Shown here: one piece after another, positions 1 to 12,747 of the stretch
How the letters are laid out: every line of letters begins with the position of its first letter
Position numbering within the stretch: the first letter of the stretch is position 1
Assembly (NCBI GenBank): GCA_013265495.1
Contig: MU058384.1
Location: forward strand, 1,861,690 to 1,925,689
Source of the DNA: Vicugna vicugna
Taxonomy: Eukaryota
Length of the DNA: 64,000 nt
Reading direction: 5' to 3'
Translations under genes and position numbers: made by a program
The notes under the pieces: model-generated
What the model was told of the DNA's origin: nothing
The model's database searches: none
What the model saw: the letters and a program-made list of their open reading frames with translations, nothing else

Positions 1-76
1 TGACTTGATTTATTGCAATGTTTGCATTACTGTGGTGGTCTGGAACTGAACTCGCAATATCCCTGAGGTCTGCCTG
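1..76 (+). mobile_element. Terminal fragment of a Tigger1-like (TcMar) DNA transposon
   Basis: GTGGTCTGGAACTGAACTCGCAATATCCCTGAGGTCTGCCTG resembles the Tigger1 3' end and TIR (GAGGTATGCCTG); truncated by the window edge. Confidence 0.75.
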
Positions 77-980
77 TGTAAGCCTATCCTGGACCATCTG
101 AGTAGGTGTCATGCTGTGTTACCACATATACCTGTCGTTTGGGAGCCTTCACTATCATGTGTATATCTAGTCAACTTAGCTCCAAGCAGCAGGAAATGAG
201 AAAAAGTAGTAAATGATATATTAATATTAAAGAAAGTCCAATTAAATTCATGGCGGGCCATATGAATGAAACTTATGTAATAATTTGAACAGACCAAGTG
301 TTAAAGAAATTGAGCCATTTCACAAAACACACTGCAGAAGAGTGCCAGGAACTCAAAAGGACTGGTAGCCAGTACATATTCATTTTGCAAGTAGCAGTAT
401 GGGTTCAGCAAAATATTGTCTGTCACACAAAAGTAATGTTATTAATTTGAATTGTGTTTATTGATTTTGTAGGAATTTTTAAAATAATGTTTTAAATTGT
501 ATCATATAATAACTAAGCATCAGAAGTTTATACCTATTTTTATATTAGTACGTATTGGTACAATAACTTGTTTCAATCATGGAGAGTTATTTTTCTTCCT
601 TTAAATTAATTACAACATTAACGGCCCTTAAGAGAATCTGTACCTTAATTAAATTTAAGAAGCACTGACTTATTGTTCGTATTTACTGAGAGTTCTCTAT
701 GGGTTGGTTTGCTACGATCCAATGTGGAAGATCACTCACTGTGACCCTCACCAAGTACTTAGTGTAACTTAGAAGGAAGTACTTTTTTCTCTCACCCATT
801 TTAATTCACCAACTTTATTATCAAATGATGCAGTAAACAGCTTCATTGTCTTCACCTCTGGAATTTCTTTATCCTGACCTCCATTTATTGAATCTTATTG
901 GATATTCATCTATATATATGTATAACTTAATGCCTCCCCTGAACTTGGAGAAAGGGGTGGGAAAAGGCTTGGGAGCAGGA

Positions 981-1458
981 TATTTTAGTTTCCTTTTGCT
1001 ACTGTAACAATTTACCTCAAATCTAGTGGCTTAAAAACAACACAGATTTATTATTTTACAGTTTTGGAAGTCAGAAATCCAAAATGAGTTTCACTGGGCT
1101 GAAATCGGGTGTCAGCAAAATTGCATTCCTTCCAGAGGATCTCAAGAAGAATCTCTTTCCTTGCTTTTCCCAGCTTCTGGAGACTTCCCCCATTCCTTGG
1201 CTTATGGCCCTCCATCACTCTGATCTCTGCTTGGATCGTCAAATCTTTTCTGACTCTGACCCTCCTGCTTCCCTCTTTCAATTATAAGACCCTTTATAAT
1301 TACAGGGCCCACCCAGTAATTCTGGATAATCTCCCTCTCTCAAGATCCTTCACTTGATCGCAATTGCAAAGTCTCTTTCACCCTGCAAGTGACATAGCCA
1401 CAGGTTCCTGGGATTAGGATGTGGAAGTCTTTCTGGTGGCATGATTCTGCCTATCACA
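981..1458 (-). mobile_element. MLT1D-like MaLR solo LTR
   Basis: Reverse complement begins TGTGATAGGCAGAATCATGCC...CACATCCTAATCCCAGGAACCTGTG, typical of MLT1C/D; typical MLT1 end TTAGTTTCC...CTGTAACAA on +; ~480 bp. Confidence 0.8.
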
Positions 1459-2289
1459 AGGGGTGTCACTATGCCAGGCCAGTCCCAAGGAGGAATCCAC
1501 TTTGGGACAGTGTGGGACACATCTTCAGAAACAGAAGGAAAAGGGAATGAATGCAGGTTAAGAGAAAGAGGCATTTTCTGGTGAATGAAGAGGAGGTGCT
1601 TTTCCTGAGGAGGATCAAGGAACAGGTTGAGGGCTTCAGGTGGGGAAGACTTGGAAAAGCTGCTGTGGAAGGTGGGAAGCCCTGCAGCTAAAGAAGAAAA
1701 AGCGACTGCTTCCCCCAGCGCTCATCTGAGACGTGAAGGCAGTAACCTGAGTAAGCCCTGGGGTCTGAGGTCACGCCAGTCAGCATGTACACAAAGATGG
1801 CATTAAACCCAGTGCCCAAGGAGCCGTCCAAATCTGTAAGTTTTACAAACCAACCAACCAATGACTTCGGAATTAAAGTGCTTCTGCCCACTCCTTTTGT
1901 TATGCCATTGTTTTCCTTTCTCCATGATTCCTATGAGAAACTTGACACTAATCAAGCTAGCATAAGAAGGGGAAGAAAAAAGATGAATCATAGACCACAC
2001 TGGAAATAAACCCCAAAGTAAAAAGAACTGATATCTGCCCACAAAGAACAACAATGGTGAAAAGTTGCCCTAGCAAAGAGGTGATGTACCGAAACACTTG
2101 TAAGGGACAAACATGGAGTCTGGTAAGATCTACCAGCTGCTGCTCTTTGCTAAGACACTTGCCCAGGAGACGGCTTCTGAAGCTTGGGTGTATTTCTCTC
2201 TTGCTGTGTCACACGATGTTCCTTTCCCCTCTCCCCACCCCCTCCCTGCTCTCCTGCAGCCTGGGTGCCTGTGTGTGTGTGTGTGGTTT

Positions 2290-2404
2290 CTCTCTCCCTG
2301 TAAGATCACAGCCGGCAGCCTGTCTCCTGCTGGTGCTGCTGCTCTGACTAGTTCTGCTGCCTCTTCTCTCTCCTTTCTCTTTCTGCTTAGCGCCTTGCCT
2401 TCTG
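2290..2404 (+). other. TXLNB: TXLNB non-coding exon 1 (5' UTR); 5' boundary/TSS approximate
   Basis: Consensus donor TCTG|GTAAGT at 2404/2405; ATG-free pyrimidine-rich segment ~2.2 kb upstream of the ATG exon, whose ATG lies just after an acceptor; E-box CAGCTG at 2134-2139 upstream. Confidence 0.65.
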
Positions 2405-3180
2405 GTAAGTATGACAAACACTCCCCCAAGCCCTGTGAGAAGATGTAGGACGCGGTTTGTGGTGTTTGAAACTTGCAGCTTTGAAACTGCCACTGAACTG
2501 TGGAAGAACTTTCCATTGTTTTATTTATAATTAAAATGTGGGCTCAGGAAGGGATGTGTGCGTGATAATCTGCTGGGACAGCCAAGACAAGTGAAAAATT
2601 CCCTCTCAGAGGCAGCAAAAGATGGGCAATGAAGTTTATAGAAGATAAAATTTAGAAACAATTTCTTGCTGTAAAATTAATGTAGAAAAAGACAATTTCA
2701 AAGTAACAGAGTTCTTTGCCTTCTTTTTTTTTTCTCTTATGGATTTGTCTTGAGGCTACTTTTAAGAATTGAGTTGTCCTGCGGTTCACAATGAGTCAGT
2801 TATTCTGTTTTAAAGTAAATGTGGAACATGGGTTTAAAGCATATCCATGGACAATAAAAAAAATTTAATGATTATGCCCTCTGATGAATGAAGAATAAAT
2901 CAAATACAAACAAAACACTTGCATTTAGACTAACCCCACTAAAACTGCTATGGACAGTCAGTTATAAATTTACTGCTTTGAAGTTTGTTTTACTTTAAAT
3001 TTTATTTCACCTTCAGAAGCCTCCCTAACACTTTAAAACCCACATGTGGATTTAAAGCAATAAATGTTTATTGTTTTCAATTTGATTTTCAAAGTCATTT
3101 CTTCCCTTGATTTTCAAAGATGAAGTGCTAAAGGCCAGGGCTCCTTTTAGAAGAGCTTAAAATAACTTCTGGCTGGACAG

Positions 3181-3232
3181 CAGGTGCCGTGTGTCTCTCT
3201 CCAAGTTCAGGGGAAGCATAAGTTATTTATAG
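3181..3232. promoter_or_regulatory. Candidate muscle enhancer motifs in intron 1 (E-box plus MEF2)
   Basis: CAGGTG at 3181-3186 and TTATTTATAG (YTAWWWWTAR) at 3223-3232; another CAGCTG near 3478; beta-taxilin is known to be muscle-enriched. Confidence 0.35.
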
Positions 3233-4542
3233 ACAAGTGTGCCCAACAAGCTGGGATCAGGCTAAAGAAATTCCAGGGATGAAGATAATGAAGACGTTTA
3301 TGGCATCATTTGATAATAAAGATGATGAGTTAAAATGGGTGAAAGAAAAAAGTACTTCTTTCGAAGTTAACTAGTACTTGGTGAGGGCCGTGAGTGGGTG
3401 GCAGTGTCTGTACGCTGGATCTCCCATTCATGCTGGGTGTTTAAGCATTTGCCGTCACCTGCTCTGAGCACAGGAGGCAGCTGTGCAGTGTGTGGAGCAG
3501 TGTGTTTCTGTTTTTGCTTTCATGCCACCACAGCAGCAAAACCTGTGCGTTATGAGGCCCCTGTCAGAATTTTATGCTGCTAGTTAGAGCAGCTTGATTA
3601 AACGTTGTTTGCAAATAAAATGCACCATGACCTAAAGGCCTAAGCCTTTGCAACCCTAGAATTGGTGCTAGCCAGAAACCTTAGAATACCTGACTCAGCC
3701 CGTCCCTCACCCCCATTTCCAAACAGCCCACATTATACCCCGGTCATTCCCCTAGTTCATTCCCTCCCTGCTCTTTAGACATTTGACTTCTTAAAAATTA
3801 TCGTTATCTGAGAGCTTCTTGAACTGAAAAGAGAAAATTGTAATCTGTTTTTCTTTCTCTAAAAGAAAATCAGATTTTATACTGAAACAGAAAATGTAGA
3901 AATTCAAGGAATTATTGTTACGCGCATCACCATGTTTCTACACCAGTTCACTTGCTAATTTATACCTTCCTTCATTCTCTTATTCTAAAAATGGTGCTGG
4001 TTTGAACCTCAAAAAAGGTGTTTTTCTGATTGATAATTACATGTTGCTCATCTGGGAAAAGAAAAATGCGAGAAAAGAAAGTTTCTCCTCTTTCTAATAT
4101 AAGAATTAATTTATATTAATATACTCATATTAATATGGATTAAAATAGAGTTTAGAATGTTATTGTTATGAATGATTTTAGTGATGTTCAATGGCTCTGT
4201 ATTTAATGACTTTGGAAAAAACCCTTCTGTTTTAAATGTAAACATTTTAAATGTATATATCTACGTATTTCCAATGATTGTAAATCTATATAGAATTAGA
4301 TGAGAATGGTAGCCCAAATTGGCTGTTCTAAGAAAAATGACAAATATGGCCATGAAAAATGATAGCTTGAATTGCTCTGTTAATGTCAATAATAGGAGAT
4401 ACCTCTGAAATTTAAAGACTGAAACCAAAAATATGCTAATAGTATGACTCAGTTTGGAAAGATGTTTCTCACTGTTCCTACCCAACTAATTGCACTATCA
4501 GTGGTTTGTGGAGGTACATTCATTCTATGTTAGAAACTGTAA

Positions 4543-5085
<543 letters not shown>

Positions 5086-5289
5086 TAATTATGTTTTAAT
5101 TGTATGACTTTTCTTTGAATTGTTCCTAAAAGGGGGCACTTCCTCCAACCTTTGCTAAAACTACGTCTCATACTTGGATTTTTACTACAATGGCTTCGCT
5201 GAGGCTCTCCCTACATCTTCTCTTCCTGTGTGTACTGTACTTCCTCCCTAGTAGAGCTATAGTGAGCTCAGTATGTTACCCATCTACCC

Positions 5290-5910
5290 TGTGTCCTTCG
5301 TGGCTTCCCATTGCTCTTAGGACAAAGGCCAGTCTTCTTAACGTGTTCTTTTAGGCCCCTAATGGTCTAAGCCAAACCAGTCTCTCCAGCTTTATCTCCC
5401 ATCAACTTACCCCATGACACTGCTTTCCTGAACACTCAGCCCCTATCACCACCATCACTGCTACTGTCTAGTAGCTAATCATCCTGCTCTTCTCTTTCAG
5501 TTCTTTGAATATGCCATACTCCACCCCTCACGAGGCCTGCATACGTCTTATTTTCTCTGCTGAGAAATCCCTCCCCATTCCCAGTCCTGCCCTTTGGACA
5601 CTTAACTCATCATTTAGCTCACAACTCAAATGGCATTTTCTTAGCCCCACCATACAGTCTTCCTGTTTTCTGTTTCTATTGTACCATATTATCTTTCCTT
5701 CCTGATGTTTATCAGCATTTGAGTATATACATTTATTTTTGTGTTATTTGGTTAATCCATCTCTTCCCTACTAGCTCTTTTATTTCAAGGGCAGGGACTG
5801 TGTGTGTATTTGGACATCATTGGATGCCTAGTGTCTAGAACAGAAGATGGCACATGCTAGGTGCTCAGTGAATATTTATTACTAGGATAAATGTGTGAGT
5901 GAATGAATGA
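5290..5910 (+). mobile_element. L2 LINE 3' fragment
   Basis: GTGGCTTCCCATTGCTCTTAGGACAAAG... ending GTGCTCAGTGAATATTT...GAATGAATGA, the typical L2 tail. Confidence 0.7.
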
Positions 5911-7539
5911 GAGGGAAATTGTTTAAAGCAAACTCGTGGAATCTAGATTTAAATAGGCTATTTATAGGGATGGTTTTGTATATAAAATGATTGTCAATTA
6001 GATCACTCAGTAGTGTGTTCCCAACTACATTTCTGAAGTATTTTTTAATTTAGCAAAACTCTTCAGAAGAGTATTGATTACAGAATGCTGAAAATTACAG
6101 AAACTATTTTTACTATCATTAGTTCATTGGTTCAGCAAATATTTAATAATGGCTAGTATTCATGAGGTGCACAAAGGAAAAGTAGTCTTTGGTTAAGGAG
6201 CTCTAGGTCTGGAGAGAAATACAGGCACACACACTAATTGTTATATAGGATAAGAGCTAGAACAGGCACAGGAGAATTGTTAGGAGAGCATGGGGGATTG
6301 GTAGCACCAAGAATGGCTATGGAAGAAGGGTGAGAGAGTACATTTTTTAGCTACCAGTGAAAGCGTGTTACTGCAAATATGAGAATCCCGCTGCCTGTCT
6401 TCCTTGATGAATTTCATTGAAACACTCACTGCAAACACCACCTCCTACGTGATACGTTCTCTGACATGCTCAGGTAGAGTTAGCATCACTTTCCATGGTT
6501 CTCCACTAAGTTTCCTGCGGCAATCATTTATGTACCAGGCTCCCAAGCTGGAGGGAGACTCTTTCGAGACAGTGATCACACATGCTCATTTCTGCAAGAC
6601 CGTGTGGCAGTTTGAAAAATCATGGGCGTTGGAGTCAGAACTGGGTCCAGACTCCAGTAACAGGTGATATGTAAACCCAAAAGTATGTCTCTGGCGGCAT
6701 AAGACCTCACTATGATGCTTGAAACCACTGCTGGCAATGCTTTCAAAAACAGCTAAAAAGACACTTTCAAATAGCTACTTGAACCACTCAGCATAAAGAT
6801 TAACCCAGATAACACCAAGTTCCCAAGATTCGATTCACTCTAGTGCTTTGAAACTACGGGAAAGAGAATAAAGTTGCTCTGTGTTACCGAGCTATTTTCT
6901 TCTTCTCTATCCAGGGCATCTCAGAAATATCCTTTTGCATTAGTCACTGTTAAACTTTCCATAAGATAGCACAAAATCACATCACAGAGGTGAATGATTT
7001 CAAGTGCTCCTAACCATTTTGACTTACCACTCTAAAACTGCTTCTACATAGGAATTTGTATGTGTGTCATGGGGGGATGGGTATGAAGAAAGCTGGGGTA
7101 AAGTTAAAGATGACCGATTTTGGTTTCTACCCTATCTCCCAGGAGTTATTTCAAAATCTGTATTTATCTCACACTTACCAAATAATCAAAAAAATTTTAG
7201 AGAAAGAAAAAATTTCACAACTAATTCTGCCACTGTCTATAAGTTGTCAAAGTTCAATTGAATGTGTTGATCAGAACCAAAGTCTGTGATCAGAGTGGCT
7301 GGGTGGGTCCACCCTAAGTACCTGTGTATAAGCTGCTGACACTCTGATGCCGTTCCTCTGAACACCATCAGTATATTCTTCTAAACATTGTACTATTTCA
7401 GCTACAGTTGAGTTAAAACAACATTTTTTAGCTAATTTAAATATGTAGACACCATTTAAACATCATTTCAATTATCTGCAAGTGGCTTTAACAGACTTCT
7501 TGGTTATTTATCAGTTAAATGACATTATGCTTCATCTAG

Positions 7540-7695
7540 ACCGATGATTTCAGACTTAACTGTGCATTGGAATCAAATACAGAATTTGTCAAAAATGCTG
7601 TTCCTGAGCACAGAGATTCAGAATTGGCAGGTCTGGATTGTGGCCAAGGCACTCTGAGTAATTTTGACACAAACAGATTGTGGAAGCAGTGGTTC
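7540..7695. mobile_element. MER5-like hAT-Charlie fragment
   Basis: TGTGCATTGGAATCA...AGAGATTCAGA...GCAGGTCTGG...GAAGCAGTGGTTCT pattern. Confidence 0.5.
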
Positions 7696-9639
7696 TGGTG
7701 CTTCAGAAATGCCTCCTGCACCCTTTTGGAGAAAATATAAAGTGCCAGCTGTGGTCTCCTTTTAGAATCTATTTGGAGCTTTCATAGACTTTTAGTACAT
7801 CATTCAGTCTGTACCTGAAGATACATCCTTAGTCTTTGCTTATGTATTTGATCGAAGATAAGTCTTTATTAAGTTCATAGGATAATATTTGCTTTATTGG
7901 TATTTTTGAGATGGTGCAATGTTCTGACTCTCTAGTCCAAAATTTTCCAAAGTGTATACCTTGAGATACTTGAGATTTCAGACCAAGCTAGTTTCCTAAT
8001 TGCCAGAATCCTCTGATCTTTAATACAGACAACAATGAAAATCTCCAATAGTGATGGGCATGGTTTACAATAGTTTCTAAACCCATTGGACCCAAAACGC
8101 CCTTCTTTCGCAGAACGCCTTTGAATATCTGGGAAACATCTCTAAAACCCAAGCACTCAGGGCTTGTTTTCTTTCGACAGGCGTATCCTCCCACAGTCAA
8201 CACACTCACTATAAACCAGAGCAGTTTAGGGAACATTTTAAAAATCTCTTTAGTTGGTGGAGTTGCTTTCTCCTTGGAATCTGAACTGAAACAGAAACAG
8301 ATTCCCCACTAGACAGTACCATGACACGTCCTGTTAACATCGAAGTATCCCCCTTGCTTCTCCCACCCCATCCTCCTGCTCACAGATGTCTTATTAATCC
8401 CATGTGTGTCAACATGATGTGCACCACATAGTAATAAGCACGAAACAATGATAAAGGGTAATATGCCTTCTGATATTTAGGTTGATAACTGATTGAGGAG
8501 GAAATCATAGATTTGAAGCATAATATCCAAGAGAAAAACAAAGCCGATCCACGGGTCCATTCTGAGCTCAGAATCTACCTGGTCAGACGAACCCACTAAT
8601 TTTATACACAGGGAAATTGAAGCCTAGCGAGTTTTAAAGTCTGCCAACACAAAAACAAAACAAACAAATAAAGGTGATTGTGAGATCAGTCATAAAGAAG
8701 GAGGCAGACCGGAAAGCACTAATAGTATAGGGCCAAAGATATATAAAAATAATCAGTGTGTTGGTTGAGGAGCACTTAACTGAGCTGCAGCTCAGTTAAT
8801 GGGTTTCGTCTTTCCAGTTACAGGTGAGTTTCAGTTCTGCCTTCTGAGAGGCCCCTTGACTAGGACACTGGTTTTCTAAAATCTTTTCCGCCATTTACTT
8901 ACTCTGCCTTACAATGGTCACCTTCCCAGTCTGCTTTATCCGTTCTAACTTGATACCTAGTTTCACTCTGAGAGAGAAATAAACTGTTGTTTCGATACAA
9001 ATGCTAAATTTTCTGGAACAGATGATAGAAGACTGGAGGAATTTAGGAGAAAGAGGAATCCACCGACACTGAAGGGTTCATGAACAGATTCATAGGGAAA
9101 CTAACAATTAGGGCAGATCCTGAAAAGAGAGGAGGGTTTCAGAGGTGTGAGTGGAATGGGAGAGAAAAATATGTCCTGAGCAAAGTGATTAGGGCTCTCG
9201 TCTGACCCAAGTTGGGAATGGATGCATTTATTCTGCTTTTTCTGGTATTTCTCTATTTTATTATAAAGTTTTGCTTTATTTTGTTTTCCCTGGAATAATC
9301 TCCTAATTATTAGACTCTTAAAGTTTTTTTCTTTTTAAGAAACTTTTTTTAATAGTGATAGCCAAGAAACTGCAAGTAGTTTAAACACAGAGAGTTGATT
9401 TTTCCCCTTGTATGTGACAGTCACCAAATAATTGCATTTTCATGGAATTATAATTACAGCCTTTCTAAGAAGATGAGCAAGTCTCTGCCTGTTCCCCTTT
9501 TCCACGGTAATCCCACACAGCACTCTAGTCCAGGAAAACCAATGGGAGTTTAAAAACTAAGCTCTCTGATGTCACAAAGGTGTGGATTCTAAACATGCCT
9601 GTCCCCAATTTCTTGTATTTTTTTGTTGAGATCATTTTT

Positions 9640-10032
9640 TTAAAAAATTTTATTGAACTATAGTTGATTTACAATGCTGTGTTAGTTTCTGGTGTACAGC
9701 ATAGTGATTCAGTTATACATACATATTCTTTTTCATTGTAGATTATTACAAGCTACTGAATATAGTTCCCTATGCTATACAGTAGGACCTTGTTGTTTAT
9801 GTATTTTATACATAGTAGTCGACATCTGCTAATCCCCAACTCCTAATTTATCCCTCCCCTCTTCCCCTTTGGCAACCATGTTTGTTTTCTATGTCTGTGA
9901 GTCTGTTTCTGTTTTGTAAATAAGTTCATTTATGTCATTTTCTTAGATTCCACATATAAGTGATATCATATGATATTTGTCTTTCTCTATCTGACTTACT
10001 TCACTTAGTATGATAATCTCTAGGTCCCTCCA
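9640..10032 (-). mobile_element. 5'-truncated L1 3'-end insertion with target-site duplication
   Basis: TTTATTGAACTATAGTTGATTTACAATGCTGTGTTAGTTTCTGGTGTACAGC is a laurasiatherian L1 3' UTR; flanked by TGTTGA(G/A)ATCATTTTT at 9624-9639 and 10033-10048. Confidence 0.85.
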
Positions 10033-10934
10033 TGTTGAAATCATTTTTGAAGGGTAGACTGATGCATTTGAATGTTAACCTTCTATACAAAATAACAGAA
10101 TATGGGAGCAGAAACAGACCTCAATGAGTATGACAAAAAAGAAACAAAAACAAAAACAAACAAAAAACAAACCAAAACAAACTTTTCTCATAAAGAAAAC
10201 AAAAGGGAGAGAAGATAACTGAATGCGGAGAGAAAAAGAGACCCATTGGACTCACTCAGGTGTTTCTATCTTTCCCAAAGGAGACATATAATGGTTTTAT
10301 ATGTCAGTACTCACACTGAAAGGTATGCTAAGCATATGTTAAATGTCACAGGTGAGAGTAAGACCTGTCTTTCCTCCAGCTGATCATAAAGTTGTCTTCC
10401 GGACAGTGCTTACTTGATTTACATGATGTTAGCATGCACAGATTGGTTTTGATTTGTTCCATTCTTACCAACATTTACTAAACTCTTGCCATGGGCCAAA
10501 CACTGTGCTGGGTCCTGGGCCAAATTTGACCAACAGCACCTTTAATAGATGACACTAACTCAGCACAGCAGTCATCGTGTGGGTACCTTCCACAGACTGA
10601 AGACAAGGGTAAGGGGAGGGTCCAACCCGCTGCTGCAGAAATAGCTCAAAGCACAGGCCTGAAGGGGGTGGGGCAGCAGAGATTATCAATCTCAAGGCAA
10701 CATATTACAGCCAAGCCACAGGCTGTCATTTGGATTCCTGGTGGGGCACCACTCACACCCACCTGCTCCCCTGTCTCAGGCCTTGTTTCTAACCTGAACT
10801 GACTCACTGAGCAAAGATAGATGAAACCAGCTGTTAGGAATGAGGTCATTTTTTTTTAAGTCTCCTTTTATTTCTCTAGGTTTCTCTGGCATCAAAATTT
10901 CACATGGGAGTGGAGTGATTTTGAGCAAGTAGAC

Positions 10935-11070
10935 AAACCCTGGACTCAAGCCTTGGCTCTGCCAACACTAATTATGTAACTTTGGACTTCTCTGGGCCTT
11001 CGATTCTTAATCTATAAAATTAACCAGTTGTCTGAGTACTCTTTGAAGTTCCTTCTAAACTTAAAATTCT
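10935..11070 (+). mobile_element. MIR SINE fragment
   Basis: CTTGGCTCTGCCAAC...CTCTGGGCCTTCGATTCTTAATCTATAAAAT core. Confidence 0.6.
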
Positions 11071-11080
11071 TTGATGCCAC

Positions 11081-11208
11081 TAGAGTTACCAGACTTAGCA
11101 AATGAATAAGTACAAGCTACCCAGGGAACTTTGAATTTCACATAAACAAAGCATAATTTTTTTTAGTACAAGTATGTCCCATGTCCTGCATTTCATTTGG
11201 TAACTCTA
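11081..11208. mobile_element. MER53-like hAT MITE, internally deleted
   Basis: Terminal inverted repeats TAGAGTTACCA (11081) and TGGTAACTCTA (ending 11208); internal TTTGAATTTCACATAAACAA...TTTTAGTACAAGTATGTCCCATG. Confidence 0.7.
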
Positions 11209-12510
11209 ATTCCATGATAGAGACTCTCCAGGATGAAGGCAAAAAGTCCAGCCAAGGAGAAATGACTGTTCTTGGGAGAGACATTGTCAAAGTTGTTAAT
11301 ACTTCTCAAACAGATTTATATCGGGATTTACATGGGCTCCACTGTGTGGCTTGTCTGCCCTACTCTGATTGGACAAGGTGCCTGTCACAGGTAGGTGAGG
11401 ATGGGAAGGCTGTTCCACCTGGACCCTTGCAAAGATACACTCAGCGGTACATGTGGGCCTGCCTCCCAACACTCAGCCCAGTGAATACCGACAGACAAGA
11501 CTTCCAGGCACCACAGAAAGGCAAACTGGGCAGTTTGAGCTGAATAAGACAAAAGGAAGGACAATGGGGAATGAAAAGAATCTGAGGCTCACTGTCAAAT
11601 AATCATGAACAGATGAGTTTTTAAATGTAGTATAAACTCCAACTGGGAACAGAAAATGAAACTGCCAACAGAGATTAAGGCCTGGGTGGGAGAAGGGAAG
11701 CTGCTGGGAGGCTAAGCCTGTAACCAGGGAGACCCAGCAAGGCCTGTGGAAGAGGCCCTGCATGTCTTGGGTCCATTTTCTCTACGTATTGACTTTATTC
11801 TCTGCTTATTAGGAAATATGATCAGTCATTTCTGCTCAGACTTCTTGGAATGGGCTCATGCACAGAAATGAGAGAATTGGTTCCCCACCAAAAAGACAGG
11901 AAAGAGGCACTAAAAAAACAAAAACAAGCCCCCAAAATGGGCTGACTAAGCTGTATTGTTTCTCTGCTTTGGGCTGGAATTTTTAAAGCTCCGTGTACTA
12001 ATGCTGGCTGTTTCATGGTAGATATTTGGATGGGCTGGTTTGCTTCTTTTTTTATTAATTAACATGGGGAAATGAATGCTTTATTCTTCCATAATGTCAG
12101 TGTTTTTGATTCTTTTGAATATTTTTAAAACATTCAAAATTCCTTATAATATTTAGAAAATGAGGGGAAAGCAACAAGAATGGATTCTTGGGATGAAAAT
12201 TTGGGGACTATTCTTATAGCAGACATTTATTGAGAATCTACCATGAGCCTGACACTGTACCACACATTTTTATGAAGTTCTCACTAATCCTTACTTATTC
12301 TGTAAAGTAGGCATTATTCCTTCTTACCCGGAAAAAAAATTATACCTGCAGCTCCAACGGGTTAAGCAGGTAACCAGCCATGGTCTAGAAGTCTTGGCCA
12401 AGGTTGTTTAGTAGCTAACAAGCGTACAACCTGAGATTCTAGGCCTTATCATCTGACTTCAAGTTCAACACATTTTAAAAATTATCTTTATGATTTTTGT
12501 TTTCTTTTAA

Positions 12511-12747
<237 letters not shown>

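Noticed and set aside
2054..2516. Cluster of 94-128 aa ORFs on both strands at exon 1
   Set aside because: Derived from CT/GT low-complexity promoter and UTR sequence; no homology recognised
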